A DNA stretch of 64,000 nucleotides, taken from Octopus vulgaris. Taxonomy: Eukaryota. The DNA lies in contig OX597826.1 in NCBI GenBank assembly GCA_951406725.2, positions 49,848,001 through 49,912,000 of the forward strand, given 5' to 3'. The notes under the pieces were generated by a model. The model was not told the DNA's origin and made no database searches. It saw only the letters and a program-made list of their open reading frames with translations. How positions within the stretch are numbered: position 1 is the first letter of the stretch; each line of letters starts with the position of its first letter. The position numbers and the translations under genes were made by a program. This document shows positions 46,586-58,574 of this stretch, piece by piece.

Positions 46586-47065
46586 GGTTGCTATGCTTTG
46601 GGCCTCACCTTAAAGTACTTCCGGTGGTGAGAGTTCTGGAGTTGTGAGGAGCGTGGACTCACCTCTTAAATATTATTACTCCCTAGTCTACTCTGAGCCG
46701 AAACCGTAGTACCTGACAGGGTCCCATTTATAGATCAAATAAATTACCCAAGGGTAGATGAGACTCTGACAAAACCGAATGGCATGCAACTCTTCCAGGA
46801 GAAAGATACTCTGACATAAAACTTGCCGTCAAAAAATTATCAGTTATCTTGCGTGAGTGAATGAGTGAGGGACAGAGTGGGTGAGTGAGTATGTGACTGA
46901 TTGAGTGTGTGAATAACTGAGTGATTGAGTGGCTAAGTGCGTGAGTGAGTAAGTGTGTGTGTCTGAGTGTGTGACTGACTGACTGACTAGCTGACTGACT
47001 TAGTGAGTGAGTGAGTGGATGAGTGAGCGAGTGAGTGAGTGAAACAAGTAAAGGAATGATAAAAA

Positions 47066-47100
<35 letters not shown>

Positions 47101-47786
47101 TAAATAAAATAAAACATATGCATATATATATAAACATATATGTACGTACCTACCTCTACATGTACATATACACGCATATATGAGTACAGGACACCAAAAG
47201 GGCGCCGAACACGATGAGAAACGAAAACATAGACACAAACCAAAGGAACTGGACATTTAAAAATAGAGTACAGGACAATTAACACAAAGAGAAAACCCCT
47301 TCTTCAGTCGCTATGGTTTCATCTACTCTACGTTTCGAAGGATAAAAGCGAGACGTATCTTCGACAAGAAACTTTCCTTCCTGCGAAAAGCAAATCAATT
47401 AAAATTCTGAGATCTTTTCGCAGAGGGGTAAAAAATGGTAACAAAAACAGGACAGTAACGACAGTACAAATTATAAACAGTAAAAGACAGGACAAGGAAA
47501 AACAAGATAAGAAGGGCTGTTAACGCCGAACGAAAAAAAGTATTGCGAACGCGGAATTTTTTATGAACGACGAGCGGAGCAAAGAGAATGTCGTCCATTA
47601 CCTTGAGAGGGCCAGGCCAGAGAGACAGCAGCGGAAGTCACGTCGCGGGTGAACGACGGGAAGGGGGGATGAGGAGCAAGAGAAAGGGAGAGAAGAAGGG
47701 GAATGGCTGCGAGGAAACCATGAAGTATGGAGAGGGGTAGAGAGAGAGATACCAAAAAAATGAGGCAATCAGAATTTTAGATAATT

Positions 47787-47830
47787 GTTTGTTAGCGCTT
47801 TCGTCCATTCATAGATGTTCTTCAGATAAG
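47787..47830 (-). ncRNA. Decayed minimal hammerhead motif
   Basis: Minus strand: CUGAAGA-ACAUCUAUGAAUGGAC-GAAA-GCGC-UA-ACAA; palindromic helix III AGCGCU; helices I and II imperfect. Confidence 0.45.
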
Positions 47831-48301
47831 TTTTACACTGTATTAGTATACAATTTTTTTGCCTTTTATACAAATAGAAAAGTGGGTGTTGTTTTGTTTT
47901 GTTTAGAAAAGGTGAAAGAGAAAAGAGGAAGGAAGGAGAGGAGGAGAGAGAGAGAGGAAGACAGAGAAGACAGAAAAGAGAAAAGAAAGCAGAAGAAAGA
48001 AAGAATATATTTGGGAATGGTCTCTGATTAACAAGTGATTGATGCCAAAAGACATTTCAAGATGTTAATTTTGTTTTTTGAAGAAAGGGAGATAGAGAGA
48101 AAGACAGGAGAAGGACAAGAAAGAAAGAGAAAGAAAAGAGAGGAAAAAAATGAAAGGGAAGAAAGACAGAGAAAAAGAGACTTCTTTTCAATTATATTGT
48201 ATCGATGTGGTCAGCTTGTTGGAGTTTAATTACAATTGAAGATGTCGATCTTGATTCAGTCATTGTATTTGAAAGCACCTCTTTCTTTCTCCTTCTTCTC
48301 T

Positions 48302-48449
48302 TTCCGCCGAGGTCGACTTTGCCTTTCATCCTTTCGAGGTCGATAAATTAAGTACCAGTTAAGCACTGGGGTCGATGTAATCGTCTTAATCCGTTTGTCT
48401 GTCCTTGTTTGTCCCCTCTATGTTTAGCCCCTTGTGGGTAATAAAGAAA
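48302..48449 (+). mobile_element. 5'-truncated SINE family B
   Basis: Homology from TTCCGCCGAGGTCGAC to the tail. Confidence 0.85.
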
Positions 48450-48467
48450 CATATATGCATATTAACA

Positions 48468-48845
48468 GCAATGGCCCAGTGGTTAGGGCAGCGGACTCGC
48501 GGTCATAGGATCGCGGTTTCGATTCCCAGACCGGGCGTTGTGAGTGTTTATTGAGCGAAAACACCTAAAAGTTCCACGAGGCTCCGGTAGGGGATGGTGG
48601 TGATCCCTGCTGTACTCTTTCACCACAACTTTCTCTCACTCTTACTTCCTGTTTCTGTTGTACCTGTATTTCAAAGGGCCGGCCTTGTCACTCTCTGTGT
48701 CACGCTGAATATCCCCGAGAACTACGTTAAGGGTACATGTGTCTGTGGAGTGCTCAGCCACTTACACGTTAATTTCACGAGCAGGCTGTTCCGTTGATTC
48801 GGATCAACCGGAACCCTCGTCGTCGTAACCGACGGAGTGCTTCCA
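48468..48845 (+). mobile_element. tRNA-derived SINE, family C
   Basis: A box TGGCCCAGTGG, B box GTTTCGATTCC; homologue at 62571-63029; 3' part shared with 56760-57033. Confidence 0.85.
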
Positions 48846-49093
48846 CATATTACAGGTTTGTAAATATACACATTACATTTCAGTGTAAGTTGAGGATTGA
48901 AAGAGCGATTCTTACGTAATTTCAGTCACAATTATAAAATATGAAATAAATCTAAAAAGTCTGAATTCCAGTGAAAACATACATTCGCTCCATGTTGATC
49001 GATTTCATACAAAATATGTTGGGGGAGGGCCAAACTCGAGTATTCAAGTACTTGCATTATTTTCCCCCAGTCGTTTTTTTCCAGAACATTACC

Positions 49094-49312
49094 TATTTCT
49101 TTACTGCCCACAAGGGGCTACACAGAGGGGACAAACAAGGACAGACATAGGTATCAAGTCGATTATATCGATCCCAGTGCGTAACTGGTACTTAATTTAT
49201 CGACCTCGAAAGGATGAAAGGCAAAGTCGACCTCGGCGGAATTTGAACTCAGAACGCAACGGCAGACGAAATATCGCTAAGCATTTAACCCGGCGCGCTA
49301 ACGATTCTGCCA
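49094..49312 (-). mobile_element. SINE family B
   Basis: Reverse-complement homology to family B. Confidence 0.88.
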
Positions 49313-49522
49313 AGGTACAGTACCCGTGAGCTATGTAGTGTTCAGAATTTGTTCCATTTGAAAGAGTATTCATTGCATATTGTCTTTGATTTTCTTTCAA
49401 ACGTTTAGTTTTGGTAAGAAATTTTTGATAATATGCAGCTTCATTACACACACACACACACATCCGAAGTTTCTATGGTGGGTTAGGGATTCTCCAGCTT
49501 TTTTACCATTATTCTCAATATA

Positions 49523-49922
49523 GGCGCAGGAGTGGCTGTGTGGTAAGTAGCTTGCTAACCAACCACATGGTTCCGGGTTCAGTCCCACTGCGTGGCATCT
49601 TGGGCAAGTGTCTTCTGCTATAGCCCAGGGCCGACCAATGCCTTGTGAGTGGATTTGGTAGACGGAAACTGAAAGAAGCCTGTCGTATATATATAAGTGT
49701 GTGTGTATATGTTTGTGTGTCTGTGTTTGTCCCCCTAGCATTGCTTGACAACCGATGCTGGTGTGTTTACGTCCCCGTCACTTAGCGGTTCGGCAAAAGA
49801 GACCGATAAAATAAGTACTGGGCTTACAAAGAATAAGTCCCGGGGTCGATTTGCTCGACTAAAGGCGGTGCTCCAGCATGGCCGCAGTCAAATGACTGAA
49901 ACAAGTAAAAGAGTAAAAGAGT
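49523..49922 (+). mobile_element. SINE family A (full length)
   Basis: Near identical to 936-1400. Confidence 0.9.
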
Positions 49923-51453
49923 ATATACTATCATAGATTGAAATTTGGGGAATATATTTAGGATTATATTTTGAGCTGCTTTGTGACGAAATATAGATTT
50001 ATAGAGTCATCATGCTAAATAATAATGTTGTGATGTTCTAGGATCTATAGGGCCTGTTACTCGGTTTTCTTGACGTATAAGTAACTAAGACTACACAACC
50101 AACCTCTTCCCTGAATGGGACAGCAGTGTGAGTATGCAACAGCATTGACAGAAGTGTTGGTTTACAATATTAATCTTTTATATTATGGGATTACGGTTTT
50201 TGAATATACTGGCTAAAGTAGTTGTGTTATATAACAGTAGTATTAAATATTAAGGGACTGAGGATGAAATTAAAATCATTGTGAGTGACTGACTGACTGT
50301 GTGAGTGTGTTAGTGACTTACTAATTGAGTGTGTGAGTGGATGCGTGTGTGAGTGTGTGAGTGAGTAACTGACTGGCTGACTGACTGAGAAGGTGAGTGA
50401 ATGAGCGAGGAACTCAGTGAGTGAGTGAGTATGTGACTGAGTGAGTGCGTGAGTAACTGAGTGATTGAGTGACTAAGTGTGTGAGTGATGGAGTAAGTGT
50501 GTCTGAGTGAGTGAGTGAGTGAGTGAGTGAGTGAGTGGTTGACTAGCTGACTGACTTAGTGAGTGTGTGAGTAAATGAGTGAGTGAGTGAGTGACTGACT
50601 GACTGACTGAATGAATGATTGAATGAATGAGGGAGTGTGTGAGAGGTGGAAGGTCAAGCGATGTAATGGTTAAGAGTAGCTGCGAGAGAATTATTATAAG
50701 CAAAACAGTGTTTGGTACTGGATAAGAAGCAACATTTGATAAACGGCAGCGAGACAGATAAAAAGAACAAGGCACGAATTTACAAGAATTCCACTTGTAT
50801 TAATGTTGTTATTGTGTTTGCTTTTTACTCACACCTCCGCATCTTTGCCGAAGACAAAGGCTGTCTTTGATACCGAGAAATTTGGCCAGCTCTTCTAGTG
50901 TTTCTCTCCAAGAACCATCTAACTAAAACACTCCTAGCCTTCGGCATTATTCTTAACCTAACCAAAGTGTTTTCATGAAGCATTGGTTTAATTTATAGAA
51001 TTTGTATATTTCTTTTTTCGCTTTTTTTTTTCTTTCTTCGAATAATACCATATTCTTTAAAAGGGTTTTCGTAGATTTAGGTTTTGCAGTATTTAGCTCA
51101 CATTTTCTGGGTTGGAGTGTCACTCTGCGACATTCCAAATTTTATACCGAGTTTCTACCAGATTCTAAAAGAGTTATTTATGTTTCTTTAACGCAATAGT
51201 AGTTTTTAATTCTGTTTTTTTTTCTTCGTGACGAACTGGAAAACAAATAAAGAAAATTAATGGCACATTTCGCACATGGTATGAAACGTTTAAAAAAAAA
51301 CATTTTAGAATTTAAAATTTAGATAAATCAAAAAACCTCTTTCCACTTTGAATGGCATGTTTTTCAAGATAATAAAACATTGATATGGATTTTCCAAAGC
51401 CTTACATTATATTTCTAAAAAACAACTGTGGCTGGTCTAAATATACCTTACAG

Positions 51454-52223
51454 CATGAGTTCCCAACCATCGGGCAGCGGATCAATACCGAGCCGCACAA
51501 AAAAGAATAAATTTACAAATTTTATTTCTACTTTATAGACCATAACAATATGTAGAGCTTTTTTGCAGTGTATATGTATTATATATGTAATATATATACA
51601 TGTAATATGTATATATATTTCTTTACTGCCCACAAGGGGCTAAACATAGAGGGGACAAACAAGGACAGACAAAGGGATTAAGTCGATTACATCGACCCCA
51701 GTGCGAAACTGGTACTTTATTTATCGACCCCGAAAGGTTGAAAGGCACAGTCGACCTCGGCGGAATTTGAACTCAGAACGTAACAACAGACGAAATACCT
51801 ATTTCTTTATTACCAACAAGGGGCTAAACATAGAGGGGACAAACAAGGACAGACAAAAGGATTAAATCGATTACATCGACCCCAGTGCGAAACTGGTACT
51901 TTATTTATCGACCCCGAAAGGATGAAAGGCAAAGTCGACCTCGGCGGAATTTAAACTCAGAACGTAACAACAGACGAAATACCGCTAGGCATTTCGCCCG
52001 GCGCGCTAACGTTTCTGCCAGCTCGCCGCCTTGTAATATGCGTGCAATATGTATATATATATGTGTATGTGTGTTTCTGTGTGTGTGTGTGTGTGTGTTT
52101 AATAATTAAATTATATATTATACACTTTATTGTGTTTTGTTATGTACGTGATCACTCGGTCTATGGGAAAATTGTTTTGCACGAAACCGGTCATTCGTGC
52201 AAAAAAAAGGTTGTGAACCGCTG
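51454..52223. mobile_element. Non-autonomous hAT (Charlie/MER1-like) element containing a SINE B dimer
   Basis: CATGAGTTCCCAACC ... GGTTGTGAACCGCTG termini; imperfect 8-bp TSD CCTTACAG/CCTTAAAC. Confidence 0.65.
51616..52030 (-). mobile_element. Head-to-tail SINE family B dimer
   Basis: Full copy 51800-52030 plus 5'-truncated copy 51616-51799. Confidence 0.88.
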
Positions 52224-52515
52224 CCTTAAACGCAGTTTCAGTACCATCACTCCAGCAGCAAACTTACTCGATAACAATATAATGGCACTTATCTTGTCAT
52301 TGAAGTTGGCAGCAAATTAGCAGGAAACCAGAAAAGATCTGGCAAATTAAGATTCATAATGATTCAGGTGTAGACAGGTACACTCTTGGAAGAAGTAAAA
52401 AAGAAGTCCTTGGCATTGAAATGATATAGAGTGCTAAGTAAAAACCATGTTATCACCAGTGAAAAACTTGCAACTGATGGAGATTTCATTCTCTCTCTCT
52501 ATTTCTCTTTTTCTT

Positions 52516-52574
<59 letters not shown>

Positions 52575-53150
52575 GTCTGTCTGTCTGTCTGTCTGTCAAT
52601 CTCTTTCTCTCTCTCTCTCTCCTCTTCCCTGCATACATACATACATACGTACATACGTATGTATAAATAATAACACAAATAGGTTGAGGTTCACTACAGC
52701 TGTTTCAGACGTGTTCTTTATTGATGAACAAAAGAGTTACATCAAGCAGAAAAAAAAACGTTTACTTCGGGTGAATTAAGAGCACGTAGGATTTTTCAGA
52801 AAAATAAAACATAGTGTAAGTTGACTCTCCCATGAGAGAGTGGATTGCGGATGTTATTTCAAAGTATGGATTCATGGTAATACATTAATGGACTCGATCA
52901 GGGGATTGGAATAAAGAAAGGAAATAAAGATGGGGGAAAAGGAAAGGGAAAAAGAAAGGGAAAAAGAAAAATACCTATGTATGTATAAATATATATGATT
53001 ATATATACATACATACATGCATACACACACACACATATATATATATACAAACATATATATATATATATGAATATATACATATATATAAGGAACAAGTTAA
53101 AAATAATGGTCATAACATATTTTTCTCTATTGGAGCAATATATATATATA

Positions 53151-53195
<45 letters not shown>

Positions 53196-53204
53196 GTTTT
53201 TATG

Positions 53205-53275
<71 letters not shown>

Positions 53276-53284
53276 ATGTGTGTG

Positions 53285-53389
<105 letters not shown>

Positions 53390-53892
53390 CTTTTATTCCG
53401 ATCTTCTCGCCATGCTGGACCGTTGAACTCTGCTATAGAACTATTGTGGAAACTTTTTGATACCACCTCGTATATGTCACTCTCCATTCTTAGTTTCTAT
53501 TACTTTCGTTTCATTTATCAAATTACTTGGATCATAAAAGTGTTCTACTCTTTTTGTATATGTCCAAGTCTCATGCGAAGCGGAAGTAATTTAAGTTCAT
53601 TGAAATTTTTTTCGTATCTTTCTTAATAAACCTTTATCCTTTTGTGTTATTTAAATATGTACCACTAGCCAAGATGAGTTATTTCCCTTAGCTCATTTTG
53701 TCTTACACGTGGTGTCTTACTACTGGAAACTGTTTATAGAATAGTAGACACAGAGAACGAAAGAGAATGGCTGCTCAAAGGAAGAGAATCGCTTCTTTTG
53801 TTTTCTGTGGAGGATCCCTTTTTTTAAGAGTGAAAAGGGTGAGAAAAGCATACATATTGCATATAATTCTCATTTTCTCATTTTTTATGTAT

Positions 53893-53958
<66 letters not shown>

Positions 53959-54469
53959 ATTTTTTTAAAGTCAGACAAATGAAAAGAGAGTGCTCAATAC
54001 ATTTAGTAGAGGATATAGATTTTTATTAAAACTGAAGCTAAAATTGTGTCGCGACTCGAGTTTTATGCCATCATTAGACACTTTAAGATAACAAAGCCAG
54101 AACAGAAAAGAATATGCTCAGAATCGTACATGGGATTCGAACAACCTGTCTATCGACTGAAAGCTTTGGCACCAAACTGACCAGGTACTCCTATTCCACT
54201 CAAATTATTATAATAAAAATATCAGCGTACCATTTATCTTGCTTATATCTAACTGGACTATTGCACAAGGACTATGGAATTCCGTCGCACTTAACAGTAG
54301 GCTGTACAAAAATAGTTCCATGAATTCTTTTTTTTTCCTTTTCATTCGTAATTTAACAATTTTCATATCTCAAATTTTCAAGATTTCTTATTTCCAAAAG
54401 ACCAAGGGTATACACATACTAGTAGTGTATGATGAATACAAATAGTTTAGATTAAATTAAATTAAATTG

Positions 54470-54536
<67 letters not shown>

Positions 54537-54539
<3 letters not shown>

Positions 54540-55206
54540 AATATAATATGTAACAATTATTCGGTGGCCATGATAAAACTCCGAGTTTCGAATGTCGGGG
54601 CGGAAACCCACGCCGGCATCTCTTCAGTGGAAAAAAAGTGGAAAAAATATGCAATAAGAGTAAAACACGTCTATATACGCACATACGCGCACACGTCTAT
54701 ATACGCACACACACATGCGCACAAAAAAAGTTCATGCACACGTCTATATACGCACATGCACAAGAAAAAAACAGGGCAAAAAAGCAAAATACAGAAAAAT
54801 GTGTTAAAAAAGTGTAAAAAAATAAGCAATAACAGTAAACCACGTTTATATACGCACATACTCTTTTACACTTTTTTACACATTTTCTGTATTTTCGGCT
54901 TTTGTCCTGTATTTTCTTGTGCATGTGCGTATATAGCCGTGTGTATGAACCTTTTTTGTGCGCGTGTGTGTTTGTGCGAGCGTGTATGCGGGTATGTATA
55001 TATATATTTTGGCGAATGTTGGTGAACATGTGTGTGTGTTTCAAGTGAGGGTGGATGAGTATATACATATAGGCGCATGTACGTGGGTGTGCGGGCGCGT
55101 ATGTGTATGAATGAACTGAAAAGATGATGGCGAGGGTTTCCGCCCCGACATCCGAAACTCGGAGTTTTATCATGGCTAACGAATAATTGTCACATATTAT
55201 ATTTAC
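54537..55206. mobile_element. ~670-bp fold-back element with a hammerhead-like motif in each arm (Penelope-like inverted repeat)
   Basis: Outer arms 54537-54628 / 55115-55206; inner arms ~54715-54820 / 54864-54965; CUGAAGA-GAUG..CAU(U)C-GAAAC-UCGGA-GU on the minus strand. Confidence 0.7.
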
Positions 55207-55272
55207 AGATAAATTCCTCTATTTACATAATATCGAGTCTCTTCCATTCTTTTGTTGTCTTGTCATTTCTCT

Positions 55273-55321
<49 letters not shown>

Positions 55322-55494
55322 TCAGCCGAAATTGCGAGGATTATCCGGTTCTTGACTGAAGATTAGAGGCTTCGAATGACCCGTCCGTATTTTTTGTATC
55401 GTCTATTTGAATATTTTGCGTTCTTGTCCCATTTTGTATTTTTATATATATATTATTGCGGCGTACATACACCTTATTCTCTTTCATATATATA

Positions 55495-55549
<55 letters not shown>

Positions 55550-55550
<1 letters not shown>

Positions 55551-55585
55551 TAGCAGAAATATCCGGTGTTGCTCGGGATTAAAAT
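55550..55585 (-). mobile_element. Isolated Helitron 3' terminus
   Basis: A|CTAGCAGAAATATCCGGTGTTGCTCGGG, similar to the 10077 and 38976 ends. Confidence 0.6.
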
Positions 55586-55597
55586 GACATTAGTTTT

Positions 55598-55880
55598 TTA
55601 TTCTTTTACTTCTTTCAGTTATTTGACCGCGGCCATGAAATCGATCCCAGCCAAAGAAATCGACCCCAGGACTTACACTTTGTAAGCCTAGAACTTATTT
55701 TATCGGCCTCATTTGCAAAACCGCTAAGTTACGGGGATATAAACACACCAAGATAGATTGTCAAGCAATGTTGGGTGTCCAGACACACATCCCCACACAC
55801 ATATATCCACATATATACGACGGTATTCTTTCAGTTTCCCTCTACCAAATCCACTCACATGCCTTTACTCGGCCTGAAGC
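55598..55880 (-). mobile_element. Decayed SINE family A (3' part)
   Basis: Homology to family A. Confidence 0.7.
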
Positions 55881-55885
55881 TGCAG

Positions 55886-55993
<108 letters not shown>

Positions 55994-56526
55994 TACATAT
56001 CAGATATATATACACACATATTATACATGTATAGATTTTTCTCAATCTTGTTGCGCACACGTGACCATCGTCCATCTTTCTTTTCTTCACATGACCATTT
56101 TTTCTTTTTTTGCATGGACGTTCAAAAGACTGGACGCCTTTTTCTCTCTCTTCTATCTTTCCAAAGAAAATATTTCTCCCACCGTTCGCTATTTTCCTCT
56201 CGTTCTGGTCTAATGACCATCCATGTTTGTTTTCATTCCGTTTCCTTGTATGTCTCTACTGTCCTGATTTTGTTCCCAACATTGACCCTCTATAAATCCT
56301 AAATTTTATTTTAGAATTTATGGGACCACGTTTCTTTGAAGACTCATATTGTCGTTGAATGCTCGAAATGAGGAGTAGATAGACAGCTGACAACTGATGA
56401 AGTGTCCTTTCTCTGTGTTTACATGTCCTGCTTTTCTTTTTGTCTCTCGTTGTTTAGTATTTCATGTTGTTTGCACATTTGGTGACGTCTTGTACCCATA
56501 TATGCATGTGTATATGTATATATATG

Positions 56527-56587
<61 letters not shown>

Positions 56588-56759
56588 TACATATATACAT
56601 ATACGTATGTACATACATATCTATACATATAAAACAAAGTAGCAGTCAAGTGCTGGTGTCGATATAATCGGCTTGTCCTCTCCCCTTAAAACTGCTTGTC
56701 TTGATTCATACAGCACACCGGCGTGCCGTCCAGGAAAATATTTTTTAGTCACTTATACT

Positions 56760-57033
56760 GGAACTCCGTCGGTTACGACGACGATGATTCCAGTTGATCC
56801 GAGCACTCCACAGACACGCATACCCTTAACGTAATTCTCAGTGAGATTCCGCGTGACACAATGTGTGCCATGGTTAGCCCTTTGAAATACAGGTGCAACT
56901 CACTTTTGCCATCTGAGTGGACTGGAGTAACATGAAATAAAATGTCTTGTACAAGGACACAACGCGTTGTCGGGATTTGAACTGTCGACCTTGTGATTGT
57001 GAGCCGAATACTGTAACCACTAAGCCACGCGTC
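56760..57033 (-). mobile_element. tRNA-derived SINE sharing the family C 3' tail with a different head and centre
   Basis: Tail CGTCGTCGTAACCGACGGAG and GTTAAGGGTA..GTCTGTGGAGTGCTC as in 48720-48845; head GTGGCTTAGTGG..GTTCAAATCCC. Confidence 0.75.
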
Positions 57034-57783
57034 TTCACCTCATAGAACCGTAATCAGCCTTTTATGTCCTTGAGCACGTGGATTTTTTTCTTTTAAATCG
57101 GGGCTGATTTGGCCAACAACACTGATTTAAATGACAGAGATTATCAGGTGCCAGTCAAACGGGCTTGAGATCGCTAGTTCGTATCCCCGGCACCACCAAA
57201 CAGTAACAACTAATTTTTATCTCTCATTTTTATGCTGAAAGAAATATGCCCAATCCTATCAGTCTTAGCATAATTTTTCTCAACCACTTATGTCTGCCTC
57301 CTTATTAGATTTCCAGTATTTTGGTTTTGCTTTTTGTTTTGTCTTTTGTTGTTGTTTTCTGTTATCTTTCTTTTCTTTTCATTTCTTTTCTTTCTGTTTA
57401 CTTGTCAGTAAATTGTCGGTATTTGCCAGTTTTTGTCAACCACTTCAACCATTCTGCTTGTCATTCGGCCATCAGTTTTCTGGTTTTAACTATCCATTTC
57501 TCAAATACAACCGTTATTTTGTTTTGATCTCTATAAATAACATGTTAGTTGAAGAAGAAGATTATTATAAGAGCGACCAGAATCAATGTGTCTTTTGTAA
57601 GTGAGAACCATGGTGTTGTTGTTGTTGTGCAAATGTCTTCGAGATAAATAAACAGACTAAGAGGAGATCTATCCAAACAGAAATTAGGAATGCAGTGGTT
57701 ATGCGATGGTAAAGTGAGGAGAAGATGTAGCAACAGAATCAAAAACAACACTGACTTGTGGAGTGGAACAGTTGTTGTACTGT

Positions 57784-57856
<73 letters not shown>

Positions 57857-57893
57857 GCATACATATATATGAATGTATGTATGTATGTATATA

Positions 57894-57939
<46 letters not shown>

Positions 57940-57982
57940 TATACAGTATATATATATGTATAACATGCATATATAATATATA

Positions 57983-58020
<38 letters not shown>

Positions 58021-58142
58021 TATATATATGCATATATAATATATATGATATATATATCCCAGTTTTTCTGCGCTAAACCACTTGGTGTTGAATTGATGTT
58101 ATTAAATAAATATCCAATTTTTCACCCTTATTTTTTATATAT

Positions 58143-58181
<39 letters not shown>

Positions 58182-58183
<2 letters not shown>

Positions 58184-58411
58184 TCTTTTTTACTCTTTTA
58201 CTCTTTTACTTGTTTCAGTCATTTGACTGCGGCCATGCTGGAGCACCGCCTTTGATCGAGCAACTCGACCCCGGGACTTATTCTTTTGTAAGCCCAGTAC
58301 TTATTCTATCGGTCTCTTTTGCCGAACCGCTAAGTAACGGGGACATAAACACACCAGCATCGGTTGTCAAGCAATGCTAGGGGGACAAACACAGACACAC
58401 AAACACACACA

Positions 58412-58494
<83 letters not shown>

Positions 58495-58574
58495 GACGGG
58501 CTTCTTTTCAGTTTCCGTCTACCAAATCCACTCACAAGGCTTTGGTCGGCCCGTGGCTATAGTAGAAGACACTT
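58182..58574 (-). mobile_element. 5'-truncated SINE family A with an expanded internal (TA)n
   Basis: Homology to family A; tRNA head missing. Confidence 0.88.

Noticed and set aside
46640-46715. GTGAGGA...GCCGAAACCGTAGTA hammerhead-like stretch
   Set aside because: Core C missing and helices I and III unconvincing
48468-48540. tRNA gene
   Set aside because: No complete cloverleaf or terminator; continues into the SINE C body. The same applies to the SINE A and B heads
57160-57200. tRNA 3' half ending in CCA (GTTCGTATCCCCGGCACCACCA)
   Set aside because: No recognisable 5' half or A box; too short to call
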